NCBI GenBank assembly: GCA_046757525.1
Contig: JBHHYI010000001.1
Span: 123,539 to 187,538, forward strand
Source of the DNA: a bacterium
GTDB taxonomy: Bacteria > Zhuqueibacterota > Zhuqueibacteria > Oceanimicrobiales > Oceanimicrobiaceae
Direction: 5' to 3'
DNA: 64,000 bases
In this document: positions 17,780-27,159 of the stretch, piece by piece
Layout of the letters: each line of letters opens with the position of its first letter
Numbering within the stretch: the first letter of the stretch is position 1
Program-made: the position numbers and the translations under genes
The notes under the pieces: model-generated
The model's input: the letters and a program-made list of their open reading frames with translations, nothing else
What the model was told of the DNA's origin: nothing
The model's database searches: none

Positions 17780-18565
17780 ATGCTCAACGAAATATTAGCA
17801 CTGTCGAATCAACAATTCGTCGCTTTTTTTTTGGCCTTTTTGCGTATATTGGCGCTGATTTTTGTTGCACCAATTTTAGGCTCCAGGTCGATTCCAATTC
17901 AAAGCAAGATTTTTTTTGCGATGTTTTTGTCGATTTGTGTTTGGCCGCTGATCAAGAACCAGCCAGTGACGCCGAATTTAGAGTTGACCGCGCTGACCTT
18001 TCTGTCGGCGCGGGAAGTATTGTTGGGGTTGTTCTTTGGGTACAATGCCAAGCTGATCTTCGAGGGTTTTCAGTTTGCAGGTCGATTGATTGGAAATCAA
18101 ATGGGGTTAGGAGTTGCCGAGTTAATAGACCCGGAGAGCGGTGTACAGGTCTCTTCAATAGGCAACTTCTATAACCTCATCGGTGTTGTTCTTTTCTTAA
18201 CGCTGAACGGGCATCACTACCTTCTCACGGCGCTGTACAAAAGCTTCGAGATAGCCCCGGTGGGTTCAGGCCGATTGGTGAGTGTTCTCGCAAAAGAGCG
18301 ACTGCTGTCGAATTTTGACGACATTTTCACCGTTGCCATTAAGCTTGCGGCGCCATCGATGGCCGTTTTGTTTCTTATTGAAGTCGGCATGGGAATTTTA
18401 GCAAGGATTGTTCCGCAAATGAATATATTTTTTATCGGGTTACCCGTTAGACTCGGGTTAGGGATGTTCATTCTCGTGGCTTCACTCCCGATGTTTTATA
18501 TTCTTTTCCAGACTATTCTTAAAGCATGGCAAGGAAAAGTCACTGGTTTAATGCTGCTATTTTAG
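17780..18565 (+). CDS. fliR: Flagellar export gate protein FliR
   Basis: AGRLIGNQMGL, LNGHH, LARIVPQMNIFFIGLP. Confidence 0.96.
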   Translation: MLNEILALSNQQFVAFFLAFLRILALIFVAPILGSRSIPIQSKIFFAMFLSICVWPLIKNQPVTPNLELTALTFLSAREVLLGLFFGYNAKLIFEGFQFAGRLIGNQMGLGVAELIDPESGVQVSSIGNFYNLIGVVLFLTLNGHHYLLTALYKSFEIAPVGSGRLVSVLAKERLLSNFDDIFTVAIKLAAPSMAVLFLIEVGMGILARIVPQMNIFFIGLPVRLGLGMFILVASLPMFYILFQTILKAWQGKVTGLMLLF

Positions 18566-18576
18566 GAGTAATCATC

Positions 18577-19467
18577 ATGGAATTAATTATTGAAGAATTA
18601 GATTCTAAGCTCATTGGGAAGAAATTAGGGCAAAACCTCTACAATTCAAAGGGGAGCCTGCTGTTGCGCAAGGGGGCAGAAATCGAGATGTTGCATTTTG
18701 CCCATCTCAAGAGTCTGGGTTACCAGAGTGTCTATGTGCTCAATGGTAATTCCGCAGATTTGGACCAGGATGGGGAAATTATTTCCGGGCACCTGCGTGC
18801 GAAGGGGCCGCACGAGCTCAAAGGCATCTTTAGAAAGTTGCTGACGGATGACAGAAGACAGATTGCAACCGCGAAAAAAGAGGTTTTCGTGTTAGCGGAA
18901 AATATACTCAAATCAGTTAATTTGAAAAAGCACGAGGGATCGAAGATCCTGGACTTAAAAAGACAGGGGGATTATCTCTGTCAACATTCAATCAATGTGG
19001 CTGCTTACTCAATCCTCATCGGCACCTGTCTGTCCTACCATCAGTTGAAATTGTCTGATTTGGCCGTGGCAGCTTTATTGCACGATTTTGGCATGCTATT
19101 CATAGACGAATCGCTGTTAAATAAGTCGACGGCACTAACTGAAAGCGAATCAGAATTAATCAAAGAGCACACGGTAAAGGGCTTTCAACACCTGGGCCGC
19201 AATTGTTCCTTTAAAGGCCTGGTTACGGTCGTGGCCTTGCAACATCATGAACGCTACGATGGCCTTGGTTATCCCAAAGGTTTAGTCGGCGAGGAACCGC
19301 ACGAATTTTCGCGTATCGTTGCCCTGGCCAATTTTTTTGACGCGTACACCTCAGACCGACCCTATCGCCGCATGCATACCATTGACGCTGCGTTGCAGGT
19401 CATTCAAGATGAAGTGGGCACGGCATTTGATCCTAACCTGGTGCAGCATTTCTTGAAGTATTTCTAA
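18577..19467 (+). CDS. HD-GYP domain protein (putative cyclic di-GMP phosphodiesterase)
   Basis: HSINVA, ALLHDFG, QHHERYDGLGYPKGL, TSDRPYR; AGGAG RBS before ATG 18577. Confidence 0.92.
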   Translation: MELIIEELDSKLIGKKLGQNLYNSKGSLLLRKGAEIEMLHFAHLKSLGYQSVYVLNGNSADLDQDGEIISGHLRAKGPHELKGIFRKLLTDDRRQIATAKKEVFVLAENILKSVNLKKHEGSKILDLKRQGDYLCQHSINVAAYSILIGTCLSYHQLKLSDLAVAALLHDFGMLFIDESLLNKSTALTESESELIKEHTVKGFQHLGRNCSFKGLVTVVALQHHERYDGLGYPKGLVGEEPHEFSRIVALANFFDAYTSDRPYRRMHTIDAALQVIQDEVGTAFDPNLVQHFLKYF

Positions 19468-19476
19468 TCGAAAATC

Positions 19477-20544
19477 ATGGCGGAAGATTCTTTTCAGGAA
19501 AAAACCGAACAGGCAACTCCAAAACAGTTAGAGAAAGCCCGTGAAGAAGGAAATGTTGCCAAAAGCGCAGAACTGAACTCCGTTTTTGTCCTTTTTATTG
19601 GGCTCATGATCCTCTATTTCTTGAGTGGAAAGATTTTAAGTCAATCCGTCGACCTCTTCAAGTTTTTTTACAGTCAGGCAGGTCACGTCGCGATCAATCA
19701 AAGCAGCATCCTGTACTACTTTACCCTGTGTTTAAAATTTTTGGTTAGTCTGGTGACGCCTCTCGTGATTGGTCTCATAGTTGTGGGCTTAGGGGTAAAT
19801 TGGGCACAGTTTGGATTTTTGTTTAGCACCAAGCCGCTTACACCAAACTTCCAAAAAATCAATCCCATTTCAGGACTCAAGAATTTTGTTTCCCTCAAGT
19901 CGTTGGTCGAGTTGTTGAAAGGAATCATCAAGATCACCGTTGTAGGGCTTATCGCCTACCGTACGATTTCGAACCAGCAGGAACGCTACCTTCTTCTGAT
20001 GAATGAAAGCGTTGGCAATATTTTGAAATTCATCGGCTCCACAGTGTTCAAGGTGGCTATGAATACGACCGCGGCTTTGTTGTTTTTAGCTGTTTTAGAT
20101 TTCTTATATCAGAGGTGGCAGTACAAAAAGGACCTGATGATGTCCAAACAGGATGTGAAAGAAGAGCAGAAGGAATCTGAAGGGAACCCGCTGATTAAGA
20201 GCGCCATCCGCAGCCTGCAACGGGCACGTGCCAGACAGCGCATGATGGATGCTGTGCCCCAGGCAGATGTGGTCGTGACCAACCCGACCCGCTTAGCCAT
20301 CGCACTGAAGTATGATCCGGAGGCTATGGACGCGCCAGTGGTCCTGGCAAAAGGCTCCAGACTCATCGCTGCCAGAATTAAAGAAATCGCGCAAAAACAC
20401 GGTATCCCAATCTATGAGAACAAACCTCTGGCACAATCGCTGTTCAAAATCAGCAAGGTTGGTCAACAGATTCCTTTTGAACTTTTTCACGTTGTGGCAG
20501 AAGTGTTCGCTTACGTTTATCAGCTAAAACAGAACAAGAACTAA
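19477..20544 (+). CDS. flhB: Flagellar export switch protein FlhB
   Basis: EKTEQATP, KINPISG, KESEGNPLIK, VVVTNPTR, APVVLAKG. Confidence 0.97.
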   Translation: MAEDSFQEKTEQATPKQLEKAREEGNVAKSAELNSVFVLFIGLMILYFLSGKILSQSVDLFKFFYSQAGHVAINQSSILYYFTLCLKFLVSLVTPLVIGLIVVGLGVNWAQFGFLFSTKPLTPNFQKINPISGLKNFVSLKSLVELLKGIIKITVVGLIAYRTISNQQERYLLLMNESVGNILKFIGSTVFKVAMNTTAALLFLAVLDFLYQRWQYKKDLMMSKQDVKEEQKESEGNPLIKSAIRSLQRARARQRMMDAVPQADVVVTNPTRLAIALKYDPEAMDAPVVLAKGSRLIAARIKEIAQKHGIPIYENKPLAQSLFKISKVGQQIPFELFHVVAEVFAYVYQLKQNKN

Positions 20545-20618
20545 TACAACCCTTAACAGGAAGAACGCACCTTTTGTACGGTTATCCACTTTGAGCTAAC
20601 TTCTATTTTTAGAATAGC

Positions 20619-22709
20619 ATGAATAGTCGCCAGCTAAACTCGGGCAGATCCGCTTTACAGGTTGTCATCCAGCGCACGGATATTTTTCTTGCTGTGGCTG
20701 TGGTCTCCATTTTGATATTCATGATCATCCCGCTGCCCAGCTTCTTTTTAGATATTCTGCTCGCTCTGAACATCCTGTTTTCTTTGATGATTCTACTGGT
20801 GCCCATGTACGCCATTAAGCCACTGGAGTTTTCCGTCTTCCCCGGCATTTTATTGCTCATCACCCTCTTTCGCCTTTCTCTTAACGTGGCGTCCACGCGG
20901 TTAATCTTAGGGGAGGCCTTCGCCGGCGAAATCATCCAGGCTTTTGGAAGCTTTGTGGTGAAGGGCAATTATGTGGTAGGATTGGTCATCTTCATCATAC
21001 TGATAACGATTAATTTTGTGGTAATCACCAAAGGCGCGGGAAGAATCGCGGAAGTAACGGCGAGGTTTACCTTGGATGCCATGCCCGGCAAACAAATGGC
21101 TATCGATGCCGACTTGAACGCAGGTTTGATCGACGAAAAAGAAGCCAGAGCCCGCCGGGACGAGATCCGAAAAGAGGCCGATTTTTATGGGGCCATGGAT
21201 GGGGCCAGCAAATTTGTGCGCGGCGATGCGGTTGCCGGTCTTTTGATCACAGCCGTCAATATCCTGGGCGGCCTTGTCATCGGGGTTGTGCAGCTAAAAA
21301 TGAGCTTGCAAGAAGCCTTGACCACCTATACCATCCTGACGGTAGGAGATGGCCTTGTGTCGCAGATTCCGGCGCTCATCATTTCCACGGCGGCCGGTAT
21401 TATTGTCTCCAAAGCTTCTTCTGAATACAGCCTGGCCCAGAGCCTGGTAAACCAGTTTCTGGCAAAGTCCAAACCCATCTATATCGCCGCCGGCGTTCTG
21501 TTTGTGCTGGGATTCGTCCCTGGACTCCCCACACTACCTTTTTTCACCTTGGGAGTTATTACGGGTGGGATTGGCTACTTCACCACGGGAATGGTCTCTG
21601 AAATGATGCGCGAAACCGAAGAGGAAGGTGAGGAGGAAGTAGCGCCCTCGCAAAAAGATAGGGTTGAGAACTACTTACATGTCGACCCCCTCGAAATTGA
21701 AATTGGCTACAGCTTGATCCCGCTCATTGACGTCAATCAAGGTGGAGACCTCCTGGACAGCCTGACCATGATTCGAAAGCAGATTGCTCAGGAACTTGGC
21801 ATCATCGTGCCACCCATCCGCATCCGCGACAATGTGCAATTGAAGTCCAACCAATATGTGATCAGAATCAAGGGTAACCAAGTTGCTCAGGGTGAGGTCA
21901 TGAACGGATATTATCTGGCACTCACACCGGATGGCGCATCCGATGAACTGGAAGGCATAAAGACCATAGACCCCACCTTCAACATGCCCGCTTACTGGCT
22001 CAATGAAGAGCAAAAAGACAAAGCCGAGATGAAGGGGTATACCGTTGTTGAAGCGTCGGCAGTCATCGGCACCCATTTAATGGAAGTGCTTAAAACCAAC
22101 GCTTACAGAATAATAGATCGGCAGGCGGTGCAGAATCTTCTGGACAGTTTTAAGGTAGAGCACCCCGCTGTTGTGGAGGAGTTGGTCCCTAATCTGCTGT
22201 CGGTGGGGGTCATTCAGAATGTCTTGAGGAATCTCCTGAAGGAGCACATTCCAATTAGAGATTTGACTACCATCCTCGAGTTGTTAGCGGATTACGCGCC
22301 TTTGACCAAAGATCCGGAACTGTTGACTGAGAACGTGCGGGTAGCCCTGTTTGAAACCATCACCAATCTGTACAAAGATGATGATGGCACGCTGACAGCG
22401 ATCACCCTGGATCCCAGATTAGAGAACTATGTTACGCAGCAGTTGGAAGGTGGCAAACGCCCCCGGCAAAACTTCGACTTGCCGCCGACCGCGGTGAACG
22501 AGATATTCTCCGGAGCCGCAAACAAAATGCAGCAGTTGATTGCCACCATCGGCAAGGCCGTGCTGGTGACAAGTCCAGCAATTCGCCGTTACGTTAAGCG
22601 TTTCTTTGAGCCAGTCCTGCCCAAACTGATCGTTTTGTCCTATGCAGAATTGTCCCCGGAGTTGCAAATTAATTCAATAGGCAGTATTGGAATCTCCAAC
22701 TATGATTAA
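20619..22709 (+). CDS. flhA: Flagellar export protein FlhA
   Basis: RLSLNVASTR, RFTLDAMPGKQMAIDADL, FYGAMDGASKFVRGDA, GDGLVSQIP. Confidence 0.98.
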   Translation: MNSRQLNSGRSALQVVIQRTDIFLAVAVVSILIFMIIPLPSFFLDILLALNILFSLMILLVPMYAIKPLEFSVFPGILLLITLFRLSLNVASTRLILGEAFAGEIIQAFGSFVVKGNYVVGLVIFIILITINFVVITKGAGRIAEVTARFTLDAMPGKQMAIDADLNAGLIDEKEARARRDEIRKEADFYGAMDGASKFVRGDAVAGLLITAVNILGGLVIGVVQLKMSLQEALTTYTILTVGDGLVSQIPALIISTAAGIIVSKASSEYSLAQSLVNQFLAKSKPIYIAAGVLFVLGFVPGLPTLPFFTLGVITGGIGYFTTGMVSEMMRETEEEGEEEVAPSQKDRVENYLHVDPLEIEIGYSLIPLIDVNQGGDLLDSLTMIRKQIAQELGIIVPPIRIRDNVQLKSNQYVIRIKGNQVAQGEVMNGYYLALTPDGASDELEGIKTIDPTFNMPAYWLNEEQKDKAEMKGYTVVEASAVIGTHLMEVLKTNAYRIIDRQAVQNLLDSFKVEHPAVVEELVPNLLSVGVIQNVLRNLLKEHIPIRDLTTILELLADYAPLTKDPELLTENVRVALFETITNLYKDDDGTLTAITLDPRLENYVTQQLEGGKRPRQNFDLPPTAVNEIFSGAANKMQQLIATIGKAVLVTSPAIRRYVKRFFEPVLPKLIVLSYAELSPELQINSIGSIGISNYD

Positions 22710-23826
22710 GAAATTCAAAGCCCCGAACATGAAAGACGCCATGAAAATGGTCAAGGAGAGTTTGGGCGAGAATGCCGTGATCCTGCAGACCCGTAAGATC
22801 AACCGTGGCGGCTTGTTTGACATTATGAACCCGCAAATGGTCGAGATCACTGCCATCGCCGAGAACCAGCACGTCACACCACCGGCCGCCAACAAACTGC
22901 CCAAAGGGGTCTATTCGCCCCCATCGGTAGTCAAGCGGCTGAGGGGCACCAATACCAACCACCTGGCGACAGCAATCAAAGCGGAGTTGAAAGACCTGAA
23001 GGACGCCGTCATTCAAGTGTCCGATTATTTGCATTTTTCAAAAATGCTTTTGCTGCCAGAGTCGTTTCGTTATTTGGTGAACCGAAAAGGCGTGGATGAG
23101 GATTTGGCTGTTGAGTTGGTGCAAAAAGTCATCTTTAAACTCAGCGGCGACGAATTGCAGGACAAAAGCACGATAAAGGAGGCTTTGTCACAACAAATCA
23201 AGGACTGTCTGAAAGTAGCTGGCAAGATCAAATCAGTTCCGGGCAGGCCCAAGATCGTTTTGCTTGTAGGACCTACGGGCATGGGGAAAACGACCACCAT
23301 AATCAAGCTGGCCACCCACCCGCAGTTTTATGGCAGCCAAAGGGTTGCCCTGATCACCATTGACACTTACCGCGTTGCAGCGGCCGCCCAGCTCAAAACC
23401 TTCGCCACTCTGGCAAAATTGCCGTTGGAAGTCGTTTACGAGCCGGAAGATTTCGCCAGGGCGCTGGAGGCTTTCAAATCGTACGCTGTCATACTGGTCG
23501 ATACGGCGGGGCGCAGCCCCCTGAACGAAAAGCACTTACAGGATCTAAAATCTTTCTTGACGGTAGGCGTGCCGGACGAGGTGCATCTGGTTCTGTCGGT
23601 ATCCATGCGCGCCGACAATCTCCTGGATGCCGCGCGGAATTTTTCGTCTTTGCCGGTCAGCCAACTGATATTCTCAAAATTGGATGAAACGCCTCGAATC
23701 GGTAATATTCTGAATGTGGCACAGAAACTCGACTTGCCCATTTCATTCTTGACAAACGGGCAAAACGTCCCGGAGGATATTCTCCTGGCCAAAAAAAATT
23801 ACCTGGCCGATTGTATTCTTGGTTAG
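22702..23826 (+). CDS. flhF: SRP-family GTPase FlhF
   Basis: GPTGMGKTTT, DTYR, DTAGRS, SKLDE, GQNVPEDI; ATG 22702 overlaps the end of flhA. Confidence 0.96.
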   Translation: MIKKFKAPNMKDAMKMVKESLGENAVILQTRKINRGGLFDIMNPQMVEITAIAENQHVTPPAANKLPKGVYSPPSVVKRLRGTNTNHLATAIKAELKDLKDAVIQVSDYLHFSKMLLLPESFRYLVNRKGVDEDLAVELVQKVIFKLSGDELQDKSTIKEALSQQIKDCLKVAGKIKSVPGRPKIVLLVGPTGMGKTTTIIKLATHPQFYGSQRVALITIDTYRVAAAAQLKTFATLAKLPLEVVYEPEDFARALEAFKSYAVILVDTAGRSPLNEKHLQDLKSFLTVGVPDEVHLVLSVSMRADNLLDAARNFSSLPVSQLIFSKLDETPRIGNILNVAQKLDLPISFLTNGQNVPEDILLAKKNYLADCILG

Positions 23827-23878
23827 AATTTGCCGATATGAATGATGTGGCAGAATTTACGAAATTGGTGCCGTAGCG

Positions 23879-24073
23879 GTGAACAAGTTTATCCTCAAAT
23901 TCAGTTTGTTTGTGGCAATCCTTACCCTGGTATGTTGCATGATATCCAGTATCTCGTTGCAGGAAAGCCTCTTCAGAGCCCTGTTGGTCTTTGCCGGTGC
24001 GTATGCCGTTCTCGTTGCCTTTTTCATAGGGCTTAAGCTCATTCTAAATGCCAAACAAACTAAAAGGAGCTGA
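23879..24073 (+). CDS. Small two-TM membrane protein
   Basis: 64 aa with two hydrophobic helices and a basic tail; its 3' end carries the AAGGAG RBS for fliA. Confidence 0.65.
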   Translation: MNKFILKFSLFVAILTLVCCMISSISLQESLFRALLVFAGAYAVLVAFFIGLKLILNAKQTKRS

Positions 24074-24075
24074 AA

Positions 24076-24843
24076 TTGGAAAGTGAAGAGTTGGTTAAGG
24101 CCTACAAGAGAAACCCTGAGCCTGAACTGCGGGAACAAGTGGTGGTTCAGTTTCTGCCAATTGTGAAATATGTCATCGGCCGAATGCATTTGACGGTCAA
24201 GAACAAAGCTGAGATAGAAGACATCCATAGCGCTGGAATTTTGGGGCTGCTCCATGCCCTCGAAGATTTTGACGTGGCCAGAAACACGAAATTCAAGACT
24301 TACGCGACCTGGAGAGTGCGCGGCTTTATTCTGGATTATTTGCGGCAAATTGATTTCCTGAGTAGAACCGATCGGGCCAAGATTCGGGCCATTGAAAGAG
24401 TGATCGCCGAGCTGACCCAGAAATACGGTCGCGAGCCTTCCAACCAGGAAATAGCCCAGGAAATAGACGTGGACCTGACAGAATTCAATCGCTTGCTGGA
24501 ATTGACCCAGTTGAATTTCATCGTCCCGTTTGACCAAAAACAGGCGCTGAACGACGAGCAAATAACCTTGAGCGAAGTCATTGCCGATGAATCCAATGAA
24601 GGCCCGTTCGAACAATCCAGTAAAAGTGATCTTTTGAATCTGGTAAAAGAGGCCATCGGCAACTTGCCAGAACGGCTCAGGCTCATCGTTCTCATGTATT
24701 ACAACGACGAAATGACTTTGGCAGAGATCGGAAAGGTCTTGTGTCTTTCTGAGTCTCGGGTGAGCAGACTGCTCGGGAAAGCCTTGCTTTCCATTCGTCA
24801 GGAAATCCTCGAAATCAATGTTCCAAGCAAAGTTCCCATTTAG
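24076..24843 (+). CDS. fliA: RNA polymerase sigma28 factor FliA/WhiG
   Basis: KFKTYATWRVRGFILDYLRQID, YYNDEMTLAEIGKVLCLSESRVS. Confidence 0.95.
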   Translation: MESEELVKAYKRNPEPELREQVVVQFLPIVKYVIGRMHLTVKNKAEIEDIHSAGILGLLHALEDFDVARNTKFKTYATWRVRGFILDYLRQIDFLSRTDRAKIRAIERVIAELTQKYGREPSNQEIAQEIDVDLTEFNRLLELTQLNFIVPFDQKQALNDEQITLSEVIADESNEGPFEQSSKSDLLNLVKEAIGNLPERLRLIVLMYYNDEMTLAEIGKVLCLSESRVSRLLGKALLSIRQEILEINVPSKVPI

Positions 24844-24860
24844 AAGGAAGGTGATGCGAC

Positions 24861-25130
24861 ATGTCCGATTTGGTGATTCCCAGGAATTTACCAAACGCCA
24901 ATCCCATCGACAAGGTTGAACAAACCCAAAAGTCGCAACAAAACGACGAGCAGAAAAAAACAGACCAGGACAAGCGCAACAAGAAGCGTCATAAACAACA
25001 GAAAGCTCCGGAACAAGACCAGGACCGCGTCTTCATCTCATCACCCACTGCGGTTACAAAAGCCCGTAAGCAGGGAAAAAAAGGGCCCAAAAAGCTGGGC
25101 AAAGGGGACATAATAGATATTCAAGTATGA
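24861..25130 (+). CDS. Small Lys/Gln-rich hypothetical protein ending LGKGDIIDIQV
   Basis: GGAAGGTGA RBS before ATG; stop overlaps the next start (ATGA). Confidence 0.7.
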   Translation: MSDLVIPRNLPNANPIDKVEQTQKSQQNDEQKKTDQDKRNKKRHKQQKAPEQDQDRVFISSPTAVTKARKQGKKGPKKLGKGDIIDIQV

Positions 25131-26188
25131 ATTGTGCGTTTCACAGAATGATGGCCTATTTGGCACTTCCCGTTTGGACCTTGTGTTCTTGCGCAGTTGG
25201 CGCCAGAGGTGCAGAGCTTTTGGACATCCGCACCGGGTTTCACCAGTCTTACTCGCGGTTGGTCCTGCAGTTTGATTCAAAGGTAAACTACGAGGTGTCA
25301 AAGGAGCTCGAGGAGGGCAAGATCGCGGTTAACCTTCAGCCGGTGACAATCACCTCGGATTTTGGACCAACCCCGGTGGAAGCCGATGACCTGTTTTTGC
25401 GACAAGTCCATTACAGACATTCTTCACACCGGCTAACGGTGACGTTATTGTTGAGAACCTCGAACATCCGGTTGGTTGAATACACTTTGGAAAGACCGTA
25501 CCGGCTGGTCATCGACCTGCACCAGGGCAATTTCTCTGAAGAACTGAAGCAGGACAGCTCGTTCGTTCCTCCTGCACCTGCGGCTCCGGAAATGCCAGTG
25601 GCAACCGACTCGTCTTCTTTAACACTGATAGACACGCTCAAGGATAGCGAAGCCACTCTGCACACAAGCGAGATTCTTTTGAACCATCCTCCAATGAAAA
25701 GCTCGGTTCAAATCGGGCCCCGTGGCAGCAGAATCCGTATGTTTCTGGGGGTCACAATCATTCTTGTCTTAATAGATATTTTGATCTTTCTTTTTTACAA
25801 GATAAGGAAGAGCCGAATCCACAACTCTTCGGAAGATTCAAAAAAAACACAAACAACGGTCGCGCGCCCCGGGGCTGAAGCCAACCCCCACTTCAAAGCC
25901 GTGTTGGGTATGATGGTGAAAGATGAGCACACCCACAAGACCAGTGTCGCCGATTTCCGAAAGGCAAATGGTCAGCAGGCTGCGGACCTGTCGGCCCGAC
26001 TTGAATCTTTGTCCAGAGTGCTCTTTTCAGGACGTTCCGCTACCCGTCTCGGTCTCGATCCTGAGGACCTCAGTGAGGGCATGGGAGAGTTGGAAGCTGC
26101 TTCAGGCATCCCCAAGGAATTCTGGATCGGTCGAGATGGCATCGAGTTTGTCAACAACATCAAGAAACTCAACATGAACATGAATTGA
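25127..26188 (+). CDS. Membrane-anchored protein with periplasmic AMIN-like domain
   Basis: Signal-like N-terminus; IRTGFHQSYSRLVLQFD and TLERPYRLVIDL (AMIN-like strands); Pro-rich linker, one TM, cytoplasmic tail. Confidence 0.65.
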   Translation: MNCAFHRMMAYLALPVWTLCSCAVGARGAELLDIRTGFHQSYSRLVLQFDSKVNYEVSKELEEGKIAVNLQPVTITSDFGPTPVEADDLFLRQVHYRHSSHRLTVTLLLRTSNIRLVEYTLERPYRLVIDLHQGNFSEELKQDSSFVPPAPAAPEMPVATDSSSLTLIDTLKDSEATLHTSEILLNHPPMKSSVQIGPRGSRIRMFLGVTIILVLIDILIFLFYKIRKSRIHNSSEDSKKTQTTVARPGAEANPHFKAVLGMMVKDEHTHKTSVADFRKANGQQAADLSARLESLSRVLFSGRSATRLGLDPEDLSEGMGELEAASGIPKEFWIGRDGIEFVNNIKKLNMNMN

Positions 26189-26192
26189 AGTA

Positions 26193-26237
26193 GTAAAAAC
26201 TACCAAACCGTTCGGGTTTTCTGGTAAAAACTCCCAC
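26193..26237. promoter_or_regulatory. Candidate upstream activator boxes for the flgF operon
   Basis: GTAAAAACTACCA (26193-26205) is identical to 854-866; GGTAAAAACTCCCAC at 26223-26237. Confidence 0.55.
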
Positions 26238-26327
26238 CGACCTTCAACAATTTGTCCTTTTCTGACCTCTTCTTAATTCAATAATAATAAATTACTTACT
26301 CGCCTCCACGGCTGGTTGATTTGTGCC

Positions 26328-26342
26328 TGGCACATTAGTTGC
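26328..26342 (+). promoter_or_regulatory. sigma54 promoter of the flgF operon
   Basis: TGGCAC-ATTAG-TTGC, perfect consensus; 19/20 identical to 1006-1025 over 26323-26342. Confidence 0.9.
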
Positions 26343-26373
26343 GCAAATGTGCAAAAAAAACAGGAAATCAACG

Positions 26374-27120
26374 ATGTTAAAAGGACTTGAATTGACGGGC
26401 CGTTCAATGGCGACGAGAATGGCTCAAATGGACGCGATCACCAACAATCTGGCAAATATTAGCACCAGGGGTTTTAAGAGAGACATGGTGTTTATTCACA
26501 GCGTTGCTGAAAACCTGCGCCAGATTGACCGAAAGGACGGCTCCGTTCAGCACCGAACTGTTGCGTCCACTACTCTGGACTTGACCCAGGGTAGTTTGGT
26601 GGGTACGGAACGGCCTCTGGATCTGGCCATCTCGGGTGACGGCTTTTTCGTGGTTGAGACTTCCGAGGGCGCGGCCTACACTCGAAACGGGCAATTCACG
26701 CTGAATGCAGAGGGGGTCTTGACCACTTTAGACGGGAAGGTTGTTTTGGGCGAAGGGGGCGCCATTGAAATAAACATCGATCAAAAAACACCAAATCAGA
26801 TTCTAATCAATGAGCAGGGAGAAATTCTGCTCGATGGCAACCTGATAGACAAATTGCAGATTGTAGCCCCGGAAAATCCGAACAAGCTGCTTAAGGCGGG
26901 TGCTAATCTTTTCAAGTTGGCAGATGAGACCACTTCCATGCAGCCGGTCGAGTTGGTTTCGGTGAAACAGGGCTTTCTCGAAGAATCCAATGTCAACCCA
27001 ATGTTGGAAATGATTGCCATGATGGAAAACTTGCAGCACTTTCAAATGGATCAGAAGATCATCAAGACAGAAGATGAAATGCTGGGCCGTGCTGCAAACA
27101 ACATCGGAAGGGTGACCTAA
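26374..27120 (+). CDS. flgF: Flagellar basal-body rod protein FlgF
   Basis: ITNNLANISTRGFK, LDLAISGDGFF, YTRNGQF, QGFLEESNVNP; ATG 26374 lies downstream of the promoter. Confidence 0.92.
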   Translation: MLKGLELTGRSMATRMAQMDAITNNLANISTRGFKRDMVFIHSVAENLRQIDRKDGSVQHRTVASTTLDLTQGSLVGTERPLDLAISGDGFFVVETSEGAAYTRNGQFTLNAEGVLTTLDGKVVLGEGGAIEINIDQKTPNQILINEQGEILLDGNLIDKLQIVAPENPNKLLKAGANLFKLADETTSMQPVELVSVKQGFLEESNVNPMLEMIAMMENLQHFQMDQKIIKTEDEMLGRAANNIGRVT

Positions 27121-27159
27121 GCTAACCACAGTCATTGAACTAACTCAGAAGAGGACGAA

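Noticed and set aside
23832..23839. GCCGATAT resembling a sigma28 -10 element upstream of the small ORF and fliA
   Set aside because: No TAAA -35 at 15-nt spacing
23857..24894. 345-aa minus-strand ORF
   Set aside because: Antisense shadow of fliA and its neighbours; no recognisable motifs
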